64,000 nt of DNA, taken from NCBI RefSeq assembly GCF_009914755.1, contig NC_060929.1, one strand, 5' to 3'. Shown piece by piece: positions 49,568-60,714 of the stretch; position 1 is the first letter of the stretch; every line of letters begins with the position of its first letter. The notes under the pieces are model-generated. The model was not told the DNA's origin. It did no database searches and saw nothing but the letters and a program-made list of their open reading frames with translations. The position numbers were made by a program, and so were the translations under genes. Origin of the DNA: the human T2T-CHM13v2.0 reference genome, Homo sapiens.

Positions 49568-49866
49568 GTTTTTGTGTTTGCTTTTTTGAGACAAGGTCTT
49601 ACTCTGTTGCCCATGCTGGAGTACAGTGGTGTGATCACAACTCATTGCAGCCTCGACCTCCGGGGCTCGAGTGATCCTCCTGCCTCAGCCTCCTAAGTAG
49701 CTGGCACTACAGGCACACACCATCATGCCTGCCTATTTTTTCTATTTTTTGTAGAGACAGAGGTTTGCCATGTTGCCCAGGTTGGTCTCGAACTCCTGGA
49801 CTCAAGCGATCCTGCCTCGCCCGCTCAAATTGCTGGGATTACAGGTGTGAGCCCCCACAACTGGCC
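49568..49866 (-). mobile_element. AluJ SINE
   Basis: AluJ-type GCAGCCTCGACCTCC, TTGCCCAGG and CTCAAGCGATCC. Confidence 0.93.
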
Positions 49867-50123
49867 AACAACAGCATTTTAGGCCTTTTAAAATAAGTAT
49901 TTATTTCAAGGGTGAGAGTTTCCCACTATTCCCACTATCATGTTTCTACGGCATTTTATTGAAACTTCTGAAGGTCCAATATGATTGGTTTAGTTGTCTA
50001 CCTATATACATCTATAATATGAATTTCTTAAAGGAAATTAAATAGTACTGAGTTTGTCTCTAATTTGGCCCAATTTATCCTGCTCCTTCCTTGCTTCCAC
50101 TGCCTAATACACCTTTTCCCATC

Positions 50124-50668
50124 TGTATTTGTCAGGGTTCTCCAGAGGAACAGAACAAATAGGAAATATGTGTATATGAAAGGGAGTTTATTAGGAAGAA
50201 TTGGCTCACATGATTACAAAGTGAAATCCCACAATAGGCATTCTGCAAGCTGAAGAAGAGAGAAGTTGGTAGTGGCTCAGTACAAGTCCAAAAGCCTCAA
50301 AACCAGGAATCCAACACTGCAGCCTTCAGTCTGTGGCAGAAGGCCTGAGAGCCCTGGGGAAGCTGCTGGTACAAGTTTCAGAGTCCAAAGACCAAAGAAA
50401 CTGGAGTATGATGTCCAAGGACAGGAAGAGCAGAAGCAAGCAACCAGCATGGAAAGAAGAAAGAGAGCTGCCTGCCTTGTCCTAGCTGGCCGGCAGCCAA
50501 TTAGATGGTGCCCACCCACATTTAGTGTGAGTCTTCCTCTCCCAGTCCACTGACTGAAATGTCAGTCTCTTCTGGAAACACACTCAGACACACAGAGAAA
50601 CAATGCTTTACCAGCCATCTAGGCATCCCTCAATCCAATCAAGCTGGCACCTAATATTAACCATCATG
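50124..50668 (-). mobile_element. MLT2A/B-like ERVL solo LTR
   Basis: TGTATTTGTCAGGGTTCTCCAGAG...CAATCCAATCAAG...ATTAACCATCA. TSD CCATC/CTATC. Confidence 0.88.
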
Positions 50669-50717
50669 CTATCTTATTCATCTCTTAAATTCCTTTTTTC
50701 CTTCTAAATTAAACTTG

Positions 50718-50883
50718 TACATTCAGTAAATAATTACTGAATGCCTATTTAGTGCCAAGAGTTGTGATTCCATAGAAAGTACAAAATGGAATTAAGCTTT
50801 GTCTCTTCAACAAGGATATTACTGTCCTGCTGTTGGGAGTGATAGGTAAATAAAAAATTACAGAAAGTTATAACGAAGATGTG
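50718..50883 (-). mobile_element. LINE-2 3' end
   Basis: CATTCAGTAAATAATTACTGAATGCCTA...GTGCCA. Confidence 0.6.
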
Positions 50884-50921
50884 CCTGGAACCGATCCCCA
50901 ATGAATATCAAGGGACTACTG
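50884..50921 (-). mobile_element. MER2/Tigger-type terminal fragment
   Basis: CCTGGAACCGATCCCCAATGAATATCAAGGGACTACTG followed by TA is the reverse complement of the recalled MER2 5' terminus. Confidence 0.7.
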
Positions 50922-50923
50922 TA

Positions 50924-51088
50924 TATCATTACTATTTAGGCTTTAATGTGTCTACTTGGCTGTGCTGAACTACATTTTCCAGCATTCCCTTACTTGTATG
51001 TTAGGGTGGACCATAAGGGAGACATTTGGCAGATCTGAGGAGCAGATAGGAAGCAACAACTTCTGTTGCTAACACCTGTTGTTGCTGA
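50924..51088 (+). mobile_element. LTR40-like ERVL LTR, 5' part only
   Basis: ATGTGTCTACTTGGCTGTGCTGAACTACATTTTCCAGCATTCCCT...GTTGTTGCTGATCT. Confidence 0.55.
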
Positions 51089-53400
51089 TCTTTGAAATGC
51101 AGCTAAAGCAGTATTGGGAGGAAAGTTTACAGCGCTAAATTCCTACATCAAGAAATTAGAAAGATTTCAAATTAACAATTTAACAGTGTACGTAGAGGAG
51201 CTAGAAAGAAAAGAATAAGCCAACCCCAAAGCTAGCAAAAGAAAAAAAATTAACTAAAGTTAGAGCACTGAATGAAATTGAGATGCAAAAACTTATACAA
51301 AAGGTTAATGAAACCAAAAGTCTGTTCTTTGATAGATGAAACAAGATTGATAGACCACTAGCTAGATTAACAAGAAAGAAGATCCAAATAAGCACAATCA
51401 GAAACGACAAAGATGTCATTACAGCTGATCCCACAGAAATACAAAAGCTCCTCAGAGACTATTATGAACACCTCTGAGCACACAAATTAGAAAACCTAGA
51501 GGAAATGGATAAATTCCTGGACATGCATAACCACCCAAGATTGAACCAGGAAGAAAGTGAAAACTTGAACAGACAAATAACAAGTTCCAAAATTGAATCA
51601 GTAATTTAAAGAAACCTACCAAACAAAAAAAAAGCCTGGACCAGATAGACTCACAGATGAATTCTACCACACATACAAAGAACTGGTACCAATTCTACTG
51701 AAACTATTCCAAAAAATCAAGGAGGAGGTACTCCTCCCTAACTTATTCTATGAAGCCAGCATCATTCTGATACCAGAATCTGGCAGACACACAACAACAA
51801 CAAAAAAGAAAACTTCAAGCCAATATCACTGATGAACATAGATGCAAAGATCCTCAACAAAGTACTAGCAAACCATGTTCAGCAGCACATCAAAAAGTTA
51901 ATTTATCACAATCAAGTAGCCTTTATCCCTGAGATGCAGGATCGGTTTAACATATGCAAATCAATAAATGTGATTCACTCCATAAACGGAATTAAAATAA
52001 AAAACCATATGATCATCTCAACAGATGCAAAAAAAGCTTTTGATAAACTCCAACATCTTTTTATGATTAAAAACCCTCAACAAATTAGGCATCAAAGGAA
52101 CATACCTCAAAATAATAAGAGCCATCTATGACGAACCCACAGCCAACATCAGACTGAATGCGCAAAAGCTGAACCATTCTCTTTGAGAAATGGAACAAGA
52201 CAAAGATGTCCACTCTCACCACTCCAATTCAACATAGTACTGGAAGTCCTAGCCAGAGCAATCAGAAAACAGAAATAAAAGAAATACACTTCTTGATATC
52301 AGCGATGGCAAATAATTTATGGCTAAGTCCTTAAAGGCAATTGCAACTAAAACAAAAATTGATTAGTGGGACCTAATTAAAGTAAAACACTTCTGCACAG
52401 CAAGAGAAACTGTAAGGAAGTAAACAGACAACCTGCAGAATGAAAGAATATACTTGCAATCTATGCATCCAACAAAAGCCTAATATCCAGGATATATAAT
52501 AAACTTAAAGAAATCAACAAATAAAAGATGAATAACCCCATTAAAAATTGGACAAAGGACATAAACAGATATTTCTCAAAAGACAACATTTAAGCAGCCA
52601 ACAAACATATGAAAAAATGCTAATCAAAATTCATTATCAGAGAAATACAAGTCAAAACCATAATGAGACACCATCTCACACCTGTCCAAAAGGCTTTTGT
52701 TGAAAAGTCAAAAAATAACTGATGTTGGTGAGGTTGCAGAGAAAAGGGGACACTCAGACACTGTTGGTGAGGATGTAAATTAGTCCAGCCACTATGCATT
52801 ACAGAGAGTAGTTTGAATACTTCTCAAAGACCTAAGAGTTTAACTATCATTTGACACAGCAATTTCATTACTGGGTATACACCCAAAGGAAAATAAATTA
52901 TTCTATCAAAGGACACTTTCACCTGCATGTTCTTTGCAGCACTATTTACAATAGCAAAAACATGGAATCAACCCAGGTGCCTATCAACAGTGGTTTGGTA
53001 AAGAAAATATGTACATATACACCATGGAATACGATGCAGCCATAAAAAATGAGATCATGTCATTTGCTGCAACATGGTTGCAGCTGGAGGCCATTATTTT
53101 AAGCAATCTAATGCAGAAACAGAAAACTAAATACTGCATGTTCTAACTTATAAGCAGGGCTAGACATTGAGTAAATGCTGACATAAAGATGGGAAAAACG
53201 GACACTGAGGACTACTAGAGTGGGGAGAGGGGGAGGGAGTAAGAGCTAAAAAACTACCCATTGGATACTATGTCCATTACCTAGGTGAAGGGTTCAGTCA
53301 TACCCCAAAATTCAGTGTCATGTAATATACGTTTTTATTAACCTTCACATGTATTCCCTGCTTCTAATATAAAAGTTGAAAAAGAAAAAAACCATAAAAA
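51089..53400 (+). mobile_element. 5'-truncated LINE-1, L1PA15/16-like, with an internal deletion
   Basis: ORF2 fragment 51832..52131; older-type 3'UTR (GACATAAAGATGGG...CTACCCATTGGATACTATG...AAAAGTTGAAAA); A-tail. Confidence 0.9.
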
Positions 53401-53666
53401 AATAGAATAGCATAATATTTGCATATAACCTACACACATTCTCCTATATACTTTAAATCATCTCTAGATTATTTATAATATCTAATGCATTGCAAATGCT
53501 ACATAAATAGTTCGCTATACTGTTGTATTATTTAGGAAATCATGACAAAGGAAAGAAGTCTGTATATGTTCAATACTGATGCAACCACTCATTTTTTAAA
53601 AAATACTTTTGATCAATGGTTGATGAAATCCATGGATGCAGAACCCATGGGTACAAGGACTGACTG
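53401..53666 (+). mobile_element. MER2 (TcMar-Tigger) body and 3' end
   Basis: TATTTGCATATAACCTAC...CTTTAAATCATCTCTAGATTA...GAACCCATGGGTACAAGGACTGACTG followed by TA. Confidence 0.88.
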
Positions 53667-54866
53667 TATTGTTCACCTACCAGGCTACTTTAGAAGAAAG
53701 TATACTACCTGTTTTCTCACATTTAATAATTTCACTGTATTTGACAGACAATATCTACATTCAATGCTGGGTATTGCGTTTTAAGAAGGTCTTGGAGGAA
53801 ATGAAATGTGATCTTAGGGTGCATTCATAATAGTCATATGAGGAAGATTCTGGTGACCCTTGAGATTTTTGAAAAGTTCACATGCGGAAGATGTAATAGG
53901 CTTATTTGGCTTACTGCAGAGGATCAACAGTTAAAATGTCATGGAAAGGTAACTTTTTTTCTTTCATTTAAAGTCTAAAAAGTTGTCTTAAATGCAAGCT
54001 CTACACAAACAGGGAATAGTGTATTTGTGTGTATGTGTGTGTGGTGTGTATTTTTTAAATTTCCAATGTTCAGTACATATCCACATATGTTAAAGTGATC
54101 AAAAATGTTTGTTGGATTAATCAATTAATTGATGGACAACTGATACAGTTTTCTTGAAAAAAATAAAATTAAAGTAGTTAACCGTGAAATGGGCTATCCA
54201 TATATTCCATAACTCCATTGTGTTACAGCATAAGTGTGCCATCTCTTCATAAGCATATATTCTTGTAAAAAACAGATGACAAGAAAATTTTAAAACATAA
54301 ACAATCTCCATAAAAGATTCAGAATATCTCAGATCTTTGAGAATTTACATTTTAATAAAATCATGAAAATAGCACAATGGCTAAAAATATTTTATTATTC
54401 CTCGGGCAACCTGAATTTGTCGAATTGTAAAACTAGATGGAGAGTAAAAAATTATTTTAATTTTATTTTGTAGTAATGTTTATTATTCCCGAATGATGTA
54501 ATTGACCAAAATATGATTTCATTTCTCATTTACTTTTATTGGCTTAGTAGTAACTAATTCTACATCAAAGACAAAAACACTGAGGATACAAAATAGTGGC
54601 TACTTAGGAATATTTTTGGTTTCACATGTTTTTGGTTTCACATTTAGGTACCTAGCATCTTTTGAGATGCACTTGTATGCATATATACAACCAATGTTTG
54701 CATCACAGGTCACCTGCACCCCCAGCAGCAACCTATGAATGCAGTTAGAATACCAATCAATTCTCCTAAAACAAAAAATCCTGCCTTTTACTCATAATCC
54801 AAGGTCCCTTCTGCCCAATACCCCAAACTTGAAGTATTTTTATTACAGTACATGAGATAATTTTCT

Positions 54867-54974
54867 TTTTTTTTTTATTATACTTTTAAGTTTTAGGGTA
54901 CATGTGCACATTGTGCAGGTTAGTTACATATGTATACATGTGCCATGCTGGTGCGCTGCACCCACTAACTTGTC
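54867..54974 (-). mobile_element. 108-bp 5'-truncated young LINE-1 (L1PA2-like)
   Basis: Sense strand GACAAGTTAGTGGGTGCAGCGCACCAGC...CACAATGTG. Perfect 13-bp TSD GAGATAATTTTCT at 54854-54866 and 54975-54987. Confidence 0.95.
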
Positions 54975-55308
54975 GAGATAATTTTCTATTCAAAATACTT
55001 CCTCAACAGTAACAGATTTTCAAAATAAATTAGTAGCATTCCATGTATTTGTAAGCATAACAATGTGAATTTAATGTTGTATATAAAAACAAAATTATCA
55101 AATTATCCTTGTAGAACTTTCCATATCCCTCATTTCAAACTGTTGTATTTTTCTTAGTTTTTTGAAATTTGGTTGCAGAAAATTGAGTTAGTTATACTCT
55201 GAAGAGTATCATCAGCACATTCAAGACCCTTTGCTGGTTGATATTGACTTTTCCTTTTCATCCCTGATCCCTGTACCCATCACTATTCTCACCTCTTAGA
55301 TTCATTTA

Positions 55309-56168
55309 CAGCAAGTCCTTGAATAACATCATTTAATTCAATGTCACTTGGTAACAACCGTAGTGAGAAAACAAATGGATTCCCACACGAGACCACTCTC
55401 CGTGTAGAATTTGCATGTTCTCTCCATGTTTGCATGGATTTTCTCCAGATATTCCAGTTTCCTCCCACGTCCCAAAGATGTGCATGTTCAGTTAATTGGT
55501 ATGTCGAATTGTTCCAGGATGAGCTGGTGTGGGTGTGTATGTGAGTGTGCCCTGTGATAGAATAGCATCCTGTCCAGGGTTGGATCCTGCCGGGATAGAC
55601 TCTGGCCACCCATGCCCCTGAATTGGAATATGCAAGTTAAAAAATAAATGAATAAATGAATGAATGAATGAATGAATACAAATTATTTTAAAATAAAAAT
55701 TAGTTAACTATACAATAATCCTACAAATGCTCGACAATAAACAATGAGGTACAAAAGCCCTCATGGAGCCATATTTGTGATTGTTTTAGAGCTGCATAGT
55801 GCTAGGATGTCCTGATTAAGACTTTCACTTTGCAACATTTATTCTTTGATTTAACCCATGACCGCTATGACTGCTGTAACTCACTGATTCACCAAAAATT
55901 AAGTAAATAATTACTTTACCTGTTTCTATTCATCTTTCTTATACGTATGTATAGGTCAAGTTTATTTCAATGTTTAATTATAAGAAGTGTTCGGGGCCTT
56001 TATTTAGAAATTTGTTGATGTTTTTGTGTCCAGAAATATGCCAGAAATAGCAACTTAACTCCTGTTTATATCAATTAGCTTATGGTAAAATTGGTTCCAA
56101 TATTTGTCATTTTGCCTAAAGTCACAGTTTCCAAGAACTCACCGACAACAGTAAGTGAGGACTTACTG
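55309..56168 (+). mobile_element. MER6 (TcMar-Tigger) DNA transposon fossil, essentially full length
   Basis: TA then CAGCAAGTCCTTGAATAAC ... GTAAGTGAGGACTTACTG imperfect TIRs; the interior matches the recalled MER6. Confidence 0.9.
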
Positions 56169-56428
56169 GATATCCCTGCAAATTATATTGAATTTTGGGA
56201 ATGTCAGTGTTTTAAACTTTTTCCTTTGCCCTTTTCTTCCCACCTGGATTTTCTGTCTTTTCCATGTTGATTTTCATGAATTCCTTCCCTAATCTAGATG
56301 TCAATCTAGAATATTTATTTATTTTATACATTGTAAATATCTCTTCTGAATTAGTCAACAACTGTTTAACTTTGTCTCTATTTCTTCATTAAAATAAACC
56401 TTTAATTGTAATGTAATCAAATCCATAA

Positions 56429-56525
56429 TTTCTTTTTTCTCTCCCTCCTTCCTTCCTCCCTCCTTCCCTCCCTCCCTCCCTCCCTCCCTTCCTTCCTTCC
56501 TTCCTTCTTTCCTTCTTTCCTTTTT
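56429..56525. repeat. Polypyrimidine (TCCC)n/(TTCC)n tract
   Basis: Uninterrupted pyrimidine tetranucleotide run read directly. Confidence 0.93.
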
Positions 56526-56917
56526 AGTTCATCCTCTTAGGGTCATAATCAACATGATTTTCCATTACCTCCAGGTAACACTTATATTCTCAAGATTTTT
56601 TTTCCTTCTTAATAATTCTACTTTTCACTAATTTAATGTGTGGCATATGGCCTTTACTTAATTTTTTTCAATATTCCAATGCTATCTACCAATCTATGTT
56701 TCCCCAAATCATTTATAGTTCAACTTTATTATAAATCAAATTAACACACACGTTTATAACTGCATGTTTGTGTCTATTTCTGAGCTCTCTGTTATGTCAT
56801 CTTTCTTTCTGTCTTTGATGAATACCACACTGGTTTCATTATTATTATTATTATTATCATGACTTTGTACTTTATATTATGTCTAGCAAGATGTGTCCCC
56901 ATTCCTTGCTTTTCTTT

Positions 56918-57235
<318 letters not shown>

Positions 57236-58064
57236 TAAATGTAAATAAACTATTCATAGACCTTTATTCTTCCATATATATTTTTGAATACAGTGGCTAA
57301 TTTCTTAAAAAGAAAGTCTGAATTTTATTTGAAAATAAGATGGCATCTTCTTGAAAATTGTGGCCATGCATATTTTAGACCCTTATCTGTGTGGTCCATT
57401 AATTCTGCTGACTAGGTTTTAGTTTATTGCCTTTCTTTTACAACATTGGAACAATCTGTGGGCTCCTCAGGGGCAGGGGTTAAAATCCAGGCCCTAGCTT
57501 GTATGCAGCTGATGAGGTTACAAATGGAGCAGGATACAGAGGGCCTCTGGTTTAACAATCAAGACTTAACCATTCTGGTTTAATTTTCTCCCTCCTCCCA
57601 ACACTGCCATGTGGCTGGCTGACAGGCTGGGGTCTCTGCTCTCCCTACACCGAGTGTCTTCCAGTGCCTACCGGAAGTGCTCCTTTCTGATATTAACTCT
57701 TCAGTGTTTGGCTAATGCAGCTACTCTCTCATTCTGAGTTCAGCTTCTTCCTAACATTGTTAATAGTGATACCATCACAGGTCCTGTTTATTAGTTCAGA
57801 TTGTCCATAAAACTTTACAGTAGTTTGCAGCATCAATAAAATACATTTTCAGACTTCTGTTTCCCAAGGTGTGTATATGAGACTGTTCGCAAAATTCCTG
57901 GCTTGCCAGGCAACGCAGTAAAAGCAAACTAGGAAATTCATCATACTAGAAGAAACTTCTTGCTTCCTCTCACGGGTTAGAGAATGATTGTACACACTTT
58001 GTAATAAAATATGACACAAAAAAGAGATTGTCATCCATAGGAAGAAGTAAGAATTAAGTGTGCA

Positions 58065-58300
58065 GACTGGGGATTTACTTACCTCATACCCTTGCACTAA
58101 TTATTTAACCTCAGTTTCCTCATCTACAAAATGGAGATACTGATAGTACCTACCTATAGGATTGTTGTGAAATTAAATATGTGAGTGTGTGTGTGTGTGT
58201 GTGTATTCATCAATTTAATTAATATTATATATTATACAATTTCTACAACTGTGCTTGGCACATAGTAGGCACCTCATAAATGTTAACTATTGTTATTATT
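58065..58300 (+). mobile_element. MIR SINE with an internal (GT)n run
   Basis: CCTCAGTTTCCTCATCTACAAAATGGAGATA...GTACCTACC...GTGCTTGGCACATAGTAGGCAC. Confidence 0.8.
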
Positions 58301-60087
58301 AAAGTTGTCTTCAGAGGTTCCAGGGACTTAAAAATTCAGATTCCTGAAATCCACTATTATTGTGTATTCTTTTCCCCCTATTTTCTGCCCTCTAGTGGTA
58401 ATTTCAAATATGATTTCTGTGCTTGATTTTATTTGGAATTCTTGTTAAATAAAGACCCACTTTTTTCCTTTTTTCCTATTAAGTGCAAGTTATTTTAATA
58501 TGCAGGACTGAAAACAATTTGTAACTGTTTCTCATGGAGTTGGTAAGGGATAGTTTGAATCTTGTAGAAGAAACTTTCTCTTTAATGCCTATTTGTATTC
58601 ATTTCTCTAAGACACCTCCATCCTAAAACAATCCCTTTCTCTAGAAACAAGAGCTCTTCTTTCACCTGACGTTACCTATGAGATTCCACCGCATTTTAAG
58701 TCCTGTAAAAGTAATCAGGTATTTTTACATTAAAAATATTACTTTCTGAAAAGTAAACATTTATCTCCAAAAATAACAATGTTCCAAAGATGGAATGTTA
58801 GCATCCATAGCTATTGAAAACTTTAATCAAATAATAATAATAATCCTTACTTAAGCTATTCATTGTCTCAGAAAATATGCTACGTCCTTCCATTTCTTTT
58901 AACACAGTCTCTTTCCCAATGTACTTATACTTACTCTGAATTTAGAGATAAAGGGGAATGTTCTTAACTGCTTTATAGTGAAGACAGATATTGTCAATTA
59001 GTGTAAACAACAACTGCCAACCCCCCTCCCCATTCCCCTTTTCTCCCAGTCTCAGAATATAAATAATAGCAAAGATTTAACTGCCATTCTTAAGAGCAGA
59101 TTTGTGGTGCTTTTACAACATATATTTTTATACAGAATTTTAAAATATCATCTTGGGCCATATAGCTTTATCAAATAGATATATAATGAAGACAGCTTCA
59201 CTAAACTGTAAGAAATTAACTGAATTATCAGGACTTGAAGTTTACATTTACAAATCAGGAAATTGAGTCAGAAAGAACTGAGGAAGGACTACATTGAGTA
59301 ATAAACTATAAGATTTAGTGAGTGGATCAAGTATTCAAATATGATCTTGAACGACTTAATGTATCTATACATTATTTTGTCCTTGATCAGGATAGGATCA
59401 TAAATATGAGAGGAGGAAAGAGCCCCCAGGCTGTGTAAGTCTGTTCGGTTTGACTGATAACATTCATTTCATGCTCCCTAAACCTTTCTCTAAGTAGTCT
59501 TTCCTTGAGCTTGGTATAGAAAGATGCTTACTATAAATAAAATTTTATTACCTTCCCCTTCTGAGTTAGTGAAATAATGAAGACATGTTCTCCTGATGTC
59601 AGAAATGTAAGATGTAAGATTGCAATCACTACCTTAGAATCAGAAAGCTAATAGTGGAATAAAGGGAAAGCCTACCTACTCTCTTCAGAAAGCAGATGCT
59701 GGAGGCACCCTAGGCATAGACGACAATGACTTTTCAAGAATATACCTAAACCTGATACATAAGCAGCTATTATTGAGCAACGGCACTGGTATTAGAAATT
59801 AATATCTTGGTACCGATTCATATTAACTGTTTTAAATCTCAAATGCTTTATGCATAATATAACTGTGATAAATTTCTATTACTTATTAAGATTTATTTGA
59901 TACACTTAATTTCCTTTAATTCCATTGAATGGAAGAGCTAGCAAAGGCAAAAAAAAAAAAAGGAAGAGATTTTGAGATTTTACAAGAATTCAAAGAAGGA
60001 AGTGGAAGAAAGAGAAGAAAAAAGGAAAAAGCAAGTGGCCTAATCTTCTCAAAATAATAAAGCTAAAAGAAAATGTAAAAATTAATG

Positions 60088-60583
60088 CATTCCAACACAT
60101 TTTATTAGTACCTTTTATAAGTAAGATAATGTGCTAAGTCCCAGAGATAAAATAAGCAAAAAGATACTATTGGTAAGAAAAGGCAGCATGGTAGAGCACC
60201 CAATTATAAATTAAATGGTATGTAAGTACTGCATTGGGGTCTTAAATAGGATTCTTCAAATAACTTGCCTTGAGGAGTCAGTTAAGATTTACCAGTGGAA
60301 ATAACATCTGAGGTGAGTGCTGCAGAATAAGTGAGAGACAGATAAAGAGTAGTGAAAAGAGTGTTTTAGTTAGAGGGAAATATGTGCAAATGCTGGGAAG
60401 TAAGAAAAAGAATGCACAAACACAAGTGAATGAGCAGGTTCAAGCAGCTAAAAGTAATTCAGTGTAGTTGGAGATTAGAGTTGTGGGGGCAGGGAAGAAA
60501 GTGATGGAGAAATCCAAGAATAAGGATGAAATCTGAGGCCAGATATTAAAAGATCCTCTAAGATCTATTGAAGAGTTTCTACC
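60088..60583 (-). mobile_element. LINE-2 3' portion
   Basis: CATTCCAACACATTTTATTAGTACC...GTGCTAAG...AGAGGGAAATATGTGCAAA...GGCCAGAT. Confidence 0.65.
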
Positions 60584-60714
60584 TTTGTATTTTTAGTAGA
60601 GATGGGGTTTCTCTATGTTGGTCAGGCTGGTCTCAAACTCCCAACATCAGGTGATCCGCCCACCTAGGCCTCCCAAAGTGCTGGGATTACAGGCGTGAGC
60701 CACCACGCCCAGCC
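60584..60714 (-). mobile_element. Alu (Sp-like) left arm only
   Basis: TTTGTATTTTTAGTAGAGA...TTGGTCAGGCTGG...CCCAGCC, with no right arm or tail. Confidence 0.92.

Noticed and set aside
57850-58050. Possible plus-strand exon (TTTTCAG acceptor to GAA|GTAAGA donor)
   Set aside because: The splice signals are weak, there is no convincing frame or homology, and such motifs are expected by chance.
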